Shown one piece after another: positions 19,456 through 29,289 of a stretch of 64,000 bases of DNA. Source of the stretch: Candidatus Poribacteria bacterium (GTDB lineage Bacteria; Poribacteria; WGA-4E; WGA-3G); contig JAPOQK010000007.1 in assembly GCA_026710795.1 (NCBI GenBank), positions 14,546 through 78,545 on the forward strand, in the 5' to 3' direction. A program made the translations under genes and the position numbers. The notes under the pieces were generated by a model that saw only the letters and a list, made by a program, of their open reading frames with translations, ran no database searches and was not told the origin of the DNA. How positions within the stretch are numbered: position 1 is the first letter of the stretch; each line of letters opens with the position of its first letter.

Positions 19456-19764
19456 ATGAAGATGAATGATTTGATGAAACAGGCACAGCAGATGCAAAAA
19501 CGCATGCTCGAAATTCGAGAGGAACTTGCTAACCAGACGATAGAGGCGACCGTTGGTGGCGGGATGGTTACAGCAGTTGTCAATGGACAACAAGAGCTTG
19601 TCTCACTCCGTATTACACCAGAAGTCGTTGATCCAGATGATACCGAGATGCTTGAAGATTTAGTCGTTGCTGCTGTGAATGAAGCATTGCAACAATCCCA
19701 AGAATTGATGTCTGATGAGATGAGCAAACTCACTGGCGGTCTCAAGATTCCAGGGCTTCCGTAA
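19456..19764 (+). CDS. ybaB: YbaB/EbfC nucleoid-associated protein
   Basis: MKMNDLMKQAQQMQKRM...GGGMVTAVVNGQ...DPDD.EMLEDLV.AAVNEA. The start may be the upstream TTG at 19438. Confidence 0.85.
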   Translation: MKMNDLMKQAQQMQKRMLEIREELANQTIEATVGGGMVTAVVNGQQELVSLRITPEVVDPDDTEMLEDLVVAAVNEALQQSQELMSDEMSKLTGGLKIPGLP

Positions 19765-19831
19765 TAGCGCAAATAGACACTGATTTGCTCTTATTTCTTT
19801 CCGATTATTCAACCTAAACAGTAGGCAAAAC

Positions 19832-20431
19832 ATGCAGGGCTATCCACTACCGTTGGAGCGGCTAATATTGCAACTCCAAAAACTCCCAACGGTCGGTCCC
19901 AAAACAGCACAACGTTTAGCGTTTTTTATGCTAACATTACCGGACCTGGAGACCAACCAAATAGCGGAAGCAATTTTAGAAGTTAAAAAAAACTTGTCAG
20001 ATTGCAAGATATGTGGTACTATCACTGACATAAATCCGTGTCAGATATGTTCAAATCCAAGACGTGACCAGCAGATAATTTGTGTTGTAGAACAACCCGA
20101 TGATCTATGGGCGATTGAACGTACTGAAAGTCATAAAGGACTGTATCATGTTCTCGGAGGTGTTTTGTCACCATTAGATGGGGTCGGTCCGGATTCACTG
20201 CGAATTGATACTCTTTTTAACCGAGTCCATGATAATGTTGTCAAAGAGGTAATCCTCGCCACCAACTGGGATACAGAAGGACAGGCTACTGCACTTTACC
20301 TCACACAGCAACTTGAACAGTTTCAGGTAACTGTATCGCGAATTGCCTACGGTATTCCTGTTGGAGGAGATTTAGAATACATTGATGAAGTAACCCTCGC
20401 CAAAGCTTTGGAAGGCAGACGGGCAGTGTAA
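19832..20431 (+). CDS. recR: Recombination protein RecR
   Basis: 199 aa with LPTVGPKTAQRLAF, a C4 zinc finger (CKICG...CQIC) and a Toprim region. Confidence 0.95.
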   Translation: MQGYPLPLERLILQLQKLPTVGPKTAQRLAFFMLTLPDLETNQIAEAILEVKKNLSDCKICGTITDINPCQICSNPRRDQQIICVVEQPDDLWAIERTESHKGLYHVLGGVLSPLDGVGPDSLRIDTLFNRVHDNVVKEVILATNWDTEGQATALYLTQQLEQFQVTVSRIAYGIPVGGDLEYIDEVTLAKALEGRRAV

Positions 20432-20529
20432 GCATATCTTATAGAAAACTTAACATAATCGGAAGTCAGATGAGATAGATTGAAAGAATTCATTTATTTT
20501 CATAGCTGATTTCCATATTTACTTTTATA

Positions 20530-21489
20530 ATGATTAATCAGTTGACGATGAAAATCATACAATTTAGTGCTCTCGTAATAATTTTGTGTTGCGGTGTATT
20601 CACCTTGACGTGTGCGGAACCAGCGAATCCACCTGCACAGAATGCCCCTTTGACATTTGACAGTAACCGAGCCTTCGATATTTTAAAGAAGCAGTGCGAG
20701 TTCGGTCCGCGTCCACCCGGTTCAGAAGCCCATAAGAAAACACGTGATTATCTTTTCTCGGAACTCAAGAAATATACAGACGTTGTTACCCTTCAACCTT
20801 ACACATCTGAAGTAGATACGATTGACGATCCACCCCAACGTAAAACGCTCCACATGAACAATATTATCGCAGAATTCGGAAGTGGACATAGTGAAACACT
20901 CCTCCTTGCGGCACATTGGGATACTCGTCCGTGTGCTGATCAAGACCCGGATATTGATAGTCAACGTGAGCCAATTCTCGGTGCGAATGACGGAGCATCA
21001 GGTGTAGCAGTATTACTTGAAATTGCACGCATATTAAAACAGACACCGCCGCCAAGGCGGCTTATCATTATTTTATTTGATGGTGAAGATTACGGGAAAA
21101 CAACCGATCAAATGTTCCTCGGATCTCGATACTTTGCCAAGAATATGGGAAAGTGGAGACCTGACTACGGCATTCTATTGGATATGATCGGTGATAAGAA
21201 TTTGGAAATACCGAAAGAACAATTCTCCTTGGCAGCAAACCCGGTATTTATGGAAAGAATTTGGAAACGTGCAGAGAAACTCGGTTTGGTCCCATTTCAA
21301 GATAGAGTTGGTCCTGCAGTGATGGATGACCATGTGCCGTTAATCAGAGCAGGTGTTCCAATGGTCAATTTAATTGATTTTGACTATCCGCACTGGCACA
21401 CGCTTGAAGATACGGTGGACAAATGTAGTCCAAAGAGTTTAGAGATTGTCGGAAGACTGGTCGTGAGTATTATTTATGAAGGATTGTAG
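20530..21489 (+). CDS. M28-family peptidase / glutaminyl-peptide cyclotransferase-like protein
   Basis: 319 aa with a signal peptide, plus AAHWDTRP, GANDGASGVAVLLEIAR and LFDGEDYG. Confidence 0.75.
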   Translation: MINQLTMKIIQFSALVIILCCGVFTLTCAEPANPPAQNAPLTFDSNRAFDILKKQCEFGPRPPGSEAHKKTRDYLFSELKKYTDVVTLQPYTSEVDTIDDPPQRKTLHMNNIIAEFGSGHSETLLLAAHWDTRPCADQDPDIDSQREPILGANDGASGVAVLLEIARILKQTPPPRRLIIILFDGEDYGKTTDQMFLGSRYFAKNMGKWRPDYGILLDMIGDKNLEIPKEQFSLAANPVFMERIWKRAEKLGLVPFQDRVGPAVMDDHVPLIRAGVPMVNLIDFDYPHWHTLEDTVDKCSPKSLEIVGRLVVSIIYEGL

Positions 21490-21552
21490 CATTTGAAAAT
21501 GGACATAACTTTTCAGGAGTGTGTCCGAGGTGGAAGAAATTCAGGATATAAT

Positions 21553-23427
21553 ATGAATACCTATCACAAACATTACGATGTCATTGTAGTTGGAGCAGGT
21601 CATGCAGGATGTGAAGCAGCACTCGCTGCTGCACGTATGGGATGCGAAACACTCATCGTAACGATCAATTTGGATACTATTGCGAAAATGTCTTGCAATC
21701 CTGCCATAGGTGGACTTGCCAAAGGACATCTGGTCAAAGAGATAGATGCGCTTGGTGGTGAGATGGCAAAGAACATTGACAAAACCGGTATCCAATTTCG
21801 CCGCTTGAATACAAAAAAAGGACCGGCAGTTAGATCCAGTCGCGCGCAGGCGGATAAGAAAGCATACCAAGATGAGATGAAACGGGTACTGGAAAGGCAA
21901 GAACACCTTGATATCAAACAAGTATTGGTGGAAGAATTACTCGTTGAAAATGGACAGTGTGTTGGGATCAAGAGCCAAACACAGACCGCATACTATGGGG
22001 AAACTGTTATTCTGACTACTGGCACATTCTTGAGGGGTTTAATTCATATCGGGGATGTGTCGTATAGTGCTGGTAGGGCAGGCGAATCTTCTGCTGAGAA
22101 ACTCTCTGAGAGTTTTTTGAACCTCGGTTTTGAAATAGGAAGGCTCAAAACAGGCACACCACCCAGAGTCAATGCACACACCATCGACGTTGACCAGATG
22201 GAGATTCAACCTGGGGATGAAGATCCGCTACCGTTTTCCTTCTCTACCGAACGAATTACCCAACCACAAGTACCGTGCTACCTTACTTACACAAATGAAA
22301 AAACACATGATGTAATCCGAGAGAATCTTCACCGTTCTGCGATGTACAGTGGTCGCATTGTGGGCATTGGTCCTCGCTATTGTCCGTCAATTGAGGATAA
22401 AGTCGTTCGTTTTGCAGAAAAAACGGAACACCAAGTATTTGTTGAACCTGAAGGATTAGATACTGATGAAATTTATCTCAATGGCATCTCAGCAAGTTTA
22501 CCTGAAGATGTTCAGGTGAATATGGTGCATAGTATAAAAGGGTTAGAAGATGCTGAGATTATGCGTTTTGGATACGCTGTTGAATACGATTTTGCGCCTG
22601 CCACCCAACTCGAACCAACGCTTGAAACCAAAAAGGTTCCTGGACTCTATTTTGCTGGACAACTCAACGGCACTACTGGTTATGAGGAAGCCGCCGCACA
22701 AGGACTCATGGCAGGAATCAATGCGGCATTGAAGGTAAAATGTGAAGAACCGCTCATCCTTGATAGATCACAAGCATACATAGCAGTTCTTATTGACGAT
22801 TTAGTAACATTGGATATTCGAGAACCTTACCGTATGTTCACATCACGTGCAGAATATCGGTTGGCGTTACGAGAGGATAACGCTGACCTACGGCTCACAG
22901 AAATCGGACGGAAGATAGGACTCATCGATGATGATATATATACCCGATTCCAAGAGAAGGCATCTTCTATACAGACAGAACTAAAGAGATTGGATGAAAC
23001 GCGTTTGACACCAAACACAGCAACCCTTAAACGGTTAGCCGACATCGCACAAACTGGTGAATTGAAACAACCTACATTATTAGCAGACCTGCTCAAACGT
23101 CCTGAACTCTGTTATGAACACATAGCAAATCTGGCACCACCTGACACGGAATTGCCTGAGACAGTTAAAGAACAGGTCGAAATACAGATTAAATACGACG
23201 GTTATATCCAGAGACAGCAACGACAAATACAACAGTTCAAAAGATTGGAGAATCTCCGTATCCCTGATACGTTCAACTATGTAGATGTGCATGGACTGAA
23301 GACAGAAGCGCGTGAGAAACTTGAAAAAATACGTCCAGCGTCTGTAGGACAAGCATCAAGACTCCCTGGCGTTTCACCCGCAGACATCTCAATATTGATG
23401 GTCATGCTGCATCAACAGAACCAATAG
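21553..23427 (+). CDS. mnmG: tRNA uridine-5-carboxymethylaminomethyl modification enzyme MnmG
   Basis: YDVIVVGAGHAGCEAALAAARMG with full-length GidA similarity. The track ORF starts at TTG 21493; ATG 21553 fits the family N-terminus. Confidence 0.9.
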   Translation: MNTYHKHYDVIVVGAGHAGCEAALAAARMGCETLIVTINLDTIAKMSCNPAIGGLAKGHLVKEIDALGGEMAKNIDKTGIQFRRLNTKKGPAVRSSRAQADKKAYQDEMKRVLERQEHLDIKQVLVEELLVENGQCVGIKSQTQTAYYGETVILTTGTFLRGLIHIGDVSYSAGRAGESSAEKLSESFLNLGFEIGRLKTGTPPRVNAHTIDVDQMEIQPGDEDPLPFSFSTERITQPQVPCYLTYTNEKTHDVIRENLHRSAMYSGRIVGIGPRYCPSIEDKVVRFAEKTEHQVFVEPEGLDTDEIYLNGISASLPEDVQVNMVHSIKGLEDAEIMRFGYAVEYDFAPATQLEPTLETKKVPGLYFAGQLNGTTGYEEAAAQGLMAGINAALKVKCEEPLILDRSQAYIAVLIDDLVTLDIREPYRMFTSRAEYRLALREDNADLRLTEIGRKIGLIDDDIYTRFQEKASSIQTELKRLDETRLTPNTATLKRLADIAQTGELKQPTLLADLLKRPELCYEHIANLAPPDTELPETVKEQVEIQIKYDGYIQRQQRQIQQFKRLENLRIPDTFNYVDVHGLKTEAREKLEKIRPASVGQASRLPGVSPADISILMVMLHQQNQ

Positions 23428-23484
23428 TTTGGCATAGGGAAGTACTTGAGACACTGATTAGAATGGTCATTACCAACATTTAGC

Positions 23485-24159
23485 ATGGAAATGCAATTTC
23501 GTCATCAACTTGAAGAGGTGTTTAACCGTTACGGGTTTCCACTAACAACTGAGCAGATTGAACAATTAACCAGGTATCGTACAGAATTGAAGAGGTGGAA
23601 TGCACGTGTTAATCTAACAGCTGTTCATGATGATAATGAGGTTATTTACAAACATTTTCTCGATTCTGTGAGTGTACTCGAACATTTTGCTATTGCAGAA
23701 GGTCAAACAGTTATTGACGTTGGAACAGGTGCTGGTTTTCCGGGTGTCGTATTAAAAATATATGTTCCCAATATTTGCCTAACACTTGTTGAGGCATCAC
23801 ATAAAAAGGTAGCGTTTCTTAAATTTTTAATTTCGCAGTTGAGGTTGGATTTATCAATTCAGGTTTTTGCGGAACGTGCTGAACATTTTGCTAAAACCGA
23901 TGAATTTGTAAATGCTTATGATTGGGTATTGACGCGGTACGTTGCTTCACTGGAGAAGTCTGCAACATATTGTTTGCCTTTGTTAAATAGTACAGGCAGA
24001 TGGTTAGCTTATAAATCCGGTGAAACAGATGCTGAGATTAGCCAAAGCAAGGAAGTAATGTATAAACTTGGGGCAGTGATTGAAGGCGTGTGCACAAGTC
24101 GTATAGCACAACTTAATCGTTCCTATGTTGTTGTGAGACGTGTTAATGGACAGAATTAA
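23485..24159 (+). CDS. rsmG: 16S rRNA (guanine527-N7)-methyltransferase
   Basis: 224 aa with WN.RVNLTA....KHFLDS and DVGTGAGFPG. Confidence 0.9.
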   Translation: MEMQFRHQLEEVFNRYGFPLTTEQIEQLTRYRTELKRWNARVNLTAVHDDNEVIYKHFLDSVSVLEHFAIAEGQTVIDVGTGAGFPGVVLKIYVPNICLTLVEASHKKVAFLKFLISQLRLDLSIQVFAERAEHFAKTDEFVNAYDWVLTRYVASLEKSATYCLPLLNSTGRWLAYKSGETDAEISQSKEVMYKLGAVIEGVCTSRIAQLNRSYVVVRRVNGQN

Positions 24160-24342
24160 ACCCTTATAATTTGATTGTTGTGAGTAGATGTGCTTCTGTG
24201 ATGACTTATATCAAATTAAGCCGATTTGTAGCGCGAGGTGTATGTGCATCGGAATGCTAACTTTATCAAAGAAATACTTATCAAGTTAATTCGGTCCTAT
24301 TTTGTTATGCAATAGCAATTCAATGGGAAGGAGTTTTATGGA

Positions 24343-24678
24343 ATGTTTGATATTACAACGGACGCTCAAAATACTGCAGTTGTCCATGTTCAAGGGAAGA
24401 TTATCGGCAGTACAGTTGCGCAGTTGCAGGAAGAAATAGAACGGCAACTGCAAAATGGAAATAACAAATTGATTATTGATCTAAAGAATGTACCGCTCCT
24501 TGACAGTACTGCCCTCGGTGTCATAATTTTGGCATTCCAAGTATTGCAAAGATCGGGTGGAAAATTGGTACTACTAAGTCCGCAGAAAGCAGTTAGTAGT
24601 GTATTGGAAGTGACGCGTCTGACGTCAATTTTAGAGGTGTACGAGACTGAAGAAGCCGCTCGAAACGCATTTTTATAG
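24343..24678 (+). CDS. STAS-domain anti-sigma-factor antagonist (RsbV/SpoIIAA-like)
   Basis: 111 aa with LIIDLKNVPLLDSTALGVII, the conserved phospho-Ser context. Confidence 0.85.
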   Translation: MFDITTDAQNTAVVHVQGKIIGSTVAQLQEEIERQLQNGNNKLIIDLKNVPLLDSTALGVIILAFQVLQRSGGKLVLLSPQKAVSSVLEVTRLTSILEVYETEEAARNAFL

Positions 24679-24736
24679 TAGATTTGGATAAAGCTGCTGA
24701 GCATAGTGGATAATTTATCCCTATAGGAGAACAGGG

Positions 24737-27280
24737 ATGAAAGACAGACAACCCGCTTTACATTCTTGGTTCAAAATGGGGCTGCGTAGTCAACAAGTTG
24801 TTCTGTTTTTGCTTGTTTCGCTTACGCCGTTATTAGTTGTCTCACTCACTATCAAGGTATTGGGGGGAAACGCTTTGAGAAGCAGTGTTGGTGAGGGGTT
24901 GGCTTTACTGGCACGGGAGAAACTCTCACGAGCAGATCGTGCTATATCACATAGGATTGCAAACATCAGAAAGGAACTACCAAATCTTACCACTGAGGTT
25001 ATTAGGTCAAACGGTGCTATTGGTGACTCGGATGTCCTTATGGATGTTCAAGCAAACTTAGAGGATAGTATTCGATTGATAGAGACCTATGCTGGCGGTG
25101 TTAGGAGAGGAAGATTTAGACATAGACAGCAAAATATACATGAGGTAACTATTACAAATGCCGAAGGATTTGTCCTCCGATCAACCAATCCAGCACTTGA
25201 CTACAATGAAGACAAAATATCTCCTTCACAAGTTAAGGGTGAAATATGGCATACACAAGCTTTCAATAATGGGTATGGTTCTTATTTTGTTGAAGATGTC
25301 CAGTATGATGCAACACGGAATCTACATTTTCTATCAGTAGCATTGCCAATCCGTAAGTCAATCTCAAATTCGTTTTCAGACGCAAACCGTTCAGTGCCAA
25401 CACAAGAAATAAGACGAAACCGCAGGGGAACGCCAAGATCCTCTTCAAACTCTGTCCAGAATGTTGTTGGTGTACTCAGGATTGTTATCCTATTACCTGA
25501 ACTAAACAATGTTGTTGAATCACTACAAGATATGGAGAAAGCACACACTATATTGACTTCGCAGGCTGGAAAGATTATTGCTGTTACAGAGGGAAGCGGA
25601 TATCAAATAGGTGATAGACTTCTGTCAGAACATGCCACCGCAGAGGCGATTATCCAATCGAAGCGTGAGGATGGGGACACCTATGGGTATGAGGCAGAAG
25701 GTGAGACGGATCGTTTCCATGAATCTCGTGTTTATGGATGGGCAAGGACTAAACTGTCAAGAGGACAACCGTGGAAAAAAGACCAAAATTTCAGCCACTG
25801 GTTTATATTCGTTTCATATCCAAGTTCCGAAGCGTTTGCGGGGGTTACTAAGTTGAATCAGTATGTTTTTTGGGTCACTATCATATCTTGTATTATTGTT
25901 GTACCGATTGCTTATGCTGTGGCACAGCAGATTTCCCAACCAGTGATGCAGTTAGCACAAGCCGCAAAACGTATTGGGCAAGAAGCGAGTGAAGTTATCC
26001 AAGAAGATTCCGATCAAGTTCGCAAACAAATTACCAATATGCAGTGGTACCAAAGCGATGAAGCAGAACTAATCTCTGTTACCAGTAAGAATGAAGTCGG
26101 CATACTCGCACAAGAATTCAATGACATGCACCGCAATCTGAAAATAGCGGTTGAGAAACTTATCAGTGCCGAAGAGCAGATGACAACTATTGTTGATTGC
26201 CTCAGTGAAGGTCTTATTGTTGTTGATATACACGACCATATATTATACTTTAACCCTGCAGCCAAGCATTTGCTCAACTTTAGTGACACAACAGAGTTTC
26301 CAGACCGATTCAGTGAATTGTTGGAAGTCACTAATCTCAGTATTTTGGCAAATACACAAGGTATGGATGCGCGGGCAACGGTGGAAATCAATTTAGATAA
26401 AGATAAAGACAATCGTATTCTTCGTGTTGTAGCAAGTCATTTTTTCTCAATTAGTACACCAACCAATGGTGATACAGTGTCTGATGAAAATACGGATTTG
26501 GCAGGAACGGTCTATGTTTTTGACGATATTACGCGTGAACATGAAATTGACAAGATGAAATCAGATTTCGTTGCCCTTGTTTCGCATGAATTGCGAACCC
26601 CGTTGACTTCAATCAAGGGGTTTGTATCACTGGTACTTGACGGGAAGACGGGACCACTTAACCAAGATCAACAACAGAGTTTGACTCGCGCACATCGTCA
26701 GTCGAAGAGACTTGAAGCGATGATAAATGATTTGCTTGATATATCCCGTATTGAAGCCGGACGCATTGTGATGAAACTTGAACCTGTCAAGCTTGCTGAA
26801 ATTGTTCAACAACGTCTTGAGGAAATCAAACCGCAGGCAGACGAAAAAGCACTCAAATTAGGTTTGAGTGTTGAACCTAATTTACCCGATCTAACCGGGG
26901 ATGAAGAACATCTCGGACAGATTCTCACTAATCTGATAGGAAATGCTGTAAAATTCACACCATCAAACGGCGAAGTCACCGTAAAATTGTCTCGCAAGGA
27001 ATGTCCGCTTGAAGATACTAATATTGAGGTAGAAGAAAACGACGGTATTCATGTTGAAGTTATAGACACGGGACCAGGAATTCCTGTGCAAGAGCGTGAA
27101 AACGTCTTTGACAAGTTCCAGCAACTTAGTAATATTCAAACAAGGGAACAAGGCGGGACAGGTTTAGGACTTTCAATCGCACGAGGTTTCGTTGAAGCAC
27201 ACAAAGGGAAAATATGGGTTGGTGCAGGTGAAAATGATAAAGGTTGCAACTTTCAATTCTGGATTCCGTTTTTATCTTAA
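24737..27280 (+). CDS. Sensor histidine kinase (periplasmic sensor, HAMP, PAS, HisKA, HATPase_c)
   Basis: 847 aa with two TM segments flanking a roughly 330-aa extracytoplasmic region. HAMP (EVGILAQEFNDMHRNL), H-box FVALVSHELRTPLTSI, and G-boxes DTGPGI and GGTGLGLSI. Confidence 0.9.
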   Translation: MKDRQPALHSWFKMGLRSQQVVLFLLVSLTPLLVVSLTIKVLGGNALRSSVGEGLALLAREKLSRADRAISHRIANIRKELPNLTTEVIRSNGAIGDSDVLMDVQANLEDSIRLIETYAGGVRRGRFRHRQQNIHEVTITNAEGFVLRSTNPALDYNEDKISPSQVKGEIWHTQAFNNGYGSYFVEDVQYDATRNLHFLSVALPIRKSISNSFSDANRSVPTQEIRRNRRGTPRSSSNSVQNVVGVLRIVILLPELNNVVESLQDMEKAHTILTSQAGKIIAVTEGSGYQIGDRLLSEHATAEAIIQSKREDGDTYGYEAEGETDRFHESRVYGWARTKLSRGQPWKKDQNFSHWFIFVSYPSSEAFAGVTKLNQYVFWVTIISCIIVVPIAYAVAQQISQPVMQLAQAAKRIGQEASEVIQEDSDQVRKQITNMQWYQSDEAELISVTSKNEVGILAQEFNDMHRNLKIAVEKLISAEEQMTTIVDCLSEGLIVVDIHDHILYFNPAAKHLLNFSDTTEFPDRFSELLEVTNLSILANTQGMDARATVEINLDKDKDNRILRVVASHFFSISTPTNGDTVSDENTDLAGTVYVFDDITREHEIDKMKSDFVALVSHELRTPLTSIKGFVSLVLDGKTGPLNQDQQQSLTRAHRQSKRLEAMINDLLDISRIEAGRIVMKLEPVKLAEIVQQRLEEIKPQADEKALKLGLSVEPNLPDLTGDEEHLGQILTNLIGNAVKFTPSNGEVTVKLSRKECPLEDTNIEVEENDGIHVEVIDTGPGIPVQERENVFDKFQQLSNIQTREQGGTGLGLSIARGFVEAHKGKIWVGAGENDKGCNFQFWIPFLS

Positions 27281-27351
27281 AGGAATTTCTGTATTTAGAA
27301 AGAATAGGTCTCAGTATGACCTAATTAAATAAACTGAATTAAGGCTAAATT

Positions 27352-28608
27352 ATGTCCGAAACTATTTATGTGTCTGAACCTATATCATCAACAGAAACAA
27401 TTTTAGTCATTGATGACGACACAGATATCCTTGCACTGCTTGAAATGAGTTTGGTTTCAGATGGGTTCAAGGTAATTACTGCAAGTAATGGTGTAATTGG
27501 ACTTGAAAATGCCAAAGCAGCACAACCGGACCTTATTTTACTTGATGTCATGATGCCACAGATGGATGGTTTAGAAGTTATAAAACGGTTGAAAGATGAT
27601 GATGAAACGCGTGCTATTCCGGTCCTATGGTTAACTGCGAAGACACAGACTGAAGACAAGTTACGCGGTTTGGAAACTGGTGGAGACGATTATATAACAA
27701 AACCTTTTGATTTAAGAGAGGTAACTGCACGGATTAACGCAGTTTTGGGACGAACTCGTCCCGTAAAATACATCAATCCGTTAATCAATGCAATGGGAGA
27801 CAGTTTCACTGAGGAAGGTGTGGCTGAACTCGGATCACATCTCCAAGCGGCTGCTGAAATACAACTCAAATTACTGCCAGAAAAGCCACCGAATTTTCCT
27901 GAATTTGACTTTGCAACCATGTTCCGTAGTTCTACCTCTGTGTCGGGTGATTTTTATGATTTTATACCACTTACCGATACACGCATCGCTATTGTGTTGG
28001 GGGATGTGAAAGGACATGGAATTCCCGCTGCACTTTTGATGGTCATGATACAAACAGCTTCACGACTGCTAAGTAATGAGTCAGATTGTCCAGGCACAGT
28101 TCTAAAACGCATTAATACATTACTTTTTCACAACACAGACCTTGAACAATTTGCTACGATGGTATACGGCATATTGGAATTAGACACTGGTAGGTTTACC
28201 TATGCTAACGGTGGACACTGTCCACCAATTCATTTCATCACAGGCACAGGAGATGGTGAACAACACAAAAATAGTGATCTTCGGGTTGAGTTACTCGAGA
28301 CTGGTGGTATGTTGATAGGTGCGTTTGATATAGCTACTTTTTCTTATGATACCTGTCAATTATCTAAAGGGGATGTGCTTTTACTTTATACAGATGGTGT
28401 GACCGAAACTGAGGGGCGAGAACAAAATGATTTCTACGGTGAAGAACGTTTGATCGAATGCTTCTCAAAAAATCTAACGCTGACCGCTCAATCACTTTGT
28501 GATGTCCTGAAAAACGACTTGTTGGAATATAGTGGCACCACACAACTTAAGGATGACCGCGCTGTAGTTGTAATAAAGCACACTAATGCGAATACAACTC
28601 CAACATAA
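27352..28608 (+). CDS. Response-regulator receiver fused to a PP2C/SpoIIE phosphatase (RsbU-like)
   Basis: 418 aa. Receiver motifs are VIDDD, DLILLDVMMPQMDG and LTAKT. PP2C motifs are SGDFYDF, GDVKGHGIPAA and LLLYTDGVTE. Confidence 0.9.
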   Translation: MSETIYVSEPISSTETILVIDDDTDILALLEMSLVSDGFKVITASNGVIGLENAKAAQPDLILLDVMMPQMDGLEVIKRLKDDDETRAIPVLWLTAKTQTEDKLRGLETGGDDYITKPFDLREVTARINAVLGRTRPVKYINPLINAMGDSFTEEGVAELGSHLQAAAEIQLKLLPEKPPNFPEFDFATMFRSSTSVSGDFYDFIPLTDTRIAIVLGDVKGHGIPAALLMVMIQTASRLLSNESDCPGTVLKRINTLLFHNTDLEQFATMVYGILELDTGRFTYANGGHCPPIHFITGTGDGEQHKNSDLRVELLETGGMLIGAFDIATFSYDTCQLSKGDVLLLYTDGVTETEGREQNDFYGEERLIECFSKNLTLTAQSLCDVLKNDLLEYSGTTQLKDDRAVVVIKHTNANTTPT

Positions 28609-28723
28609 TAGTCAATTATATCGAATGCCGAACGAGTTCTCAACGACGATTGCTTGATTTGGTAGAATCCATATAACAGGTTTAGCACGAAAGTTTTGCA
28701 TTCGCAAGGAAGGAGCCAAACAC

Positions 28724-29137
28724 GTGGCAGAAAATAAGCAATTGCGAATTTTCCTTTCTCTCCCAAGCACAATGCAGTTGATTTATCTACTTGATACTGT
28801 TATCAGTGATCTTTTGAGAGAGATGAAATTTAATGAAGAAGCACAAGAACATGTTAACTTGGCTGTCATTGAAGCAGGGACAAACGCAATCAAGCACGGC
28901 AATAAAGAAGACACAGATAAGACTGCAACATTTGAGTTTCTTATTGACGATGATAGACTGACGATTACTATTACAGATGAAGGACCTGGATTTGAACGCG
29001 AAGAGGTTGCAAATCCGCTTGAACCGGAAAATCTGCTGAAAAGTAGTGGACGAGGTCTTTTTCTGATGGAAGCCTGCATGGATGAGGTAGTATACGAGGC
29101 TGGAGGCACCATCGTTAAGATGGTTAAATATAAATAA
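28724..29137 (+). CDS. Anti-sigma regulatory factor, Ser/Thr kinase of the RsbW/SpoIIAB type
   Basis: 137 aa with a GTG start 8 nt after aaggag. GHKL motifs are EAGTNAIKHGN, DEGPGFE and GRGLFLM. Confidence 0.8.
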   Translation: MAENKQLRIFLSLPSTMQLIYLLDTVISDLLREMKFNEEAQEHVNLAVIEAGTNAIKHGNKEDTDKTATFEFLIDDDRLTITITDEGPGFEREEVANPLEPENLLKSSGRGLFLMEACMDEVVYEAGGTIVKMVKYK

Positions 29138-29289
29138 AGGATGTATTTGGAGACCTCCAAAAGTCAAATTGCTGCTGTAATTCTAAACATAGAATCCAGT
29201 ACAAGTGGGTAATCTAACTGAGTCCGACGTGTACTCGGCTTTGTTGTGTCGTGCTGCGAAAAGTGAACATCTAAGAGGAAGGAGTTTTT

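Noticed and set aside
21493-24342. Chromosomal origin (oriC) next to mnmG-rsmG
   Set aside because: The 183-bp rsmG-STAS spacer has only weak TTATCAA-type half-matches. There is no AT-rich 13-mer cluster, and dnaA, dnaN and parAB are absent from the window. Only the small DnaA-box-like trio at 24683-24722 was kept, as a low-interest finding.
29138-29160. Palindrome tttggag-ac-ctccaaa after the RsbW-like gene
   Set aside because: A 2-nt loop is too tight for a terminator hairpin and no T-run follows. It could be a protein-binding palindrome, but a single 7-bp arm occurrence is within chance expectation.
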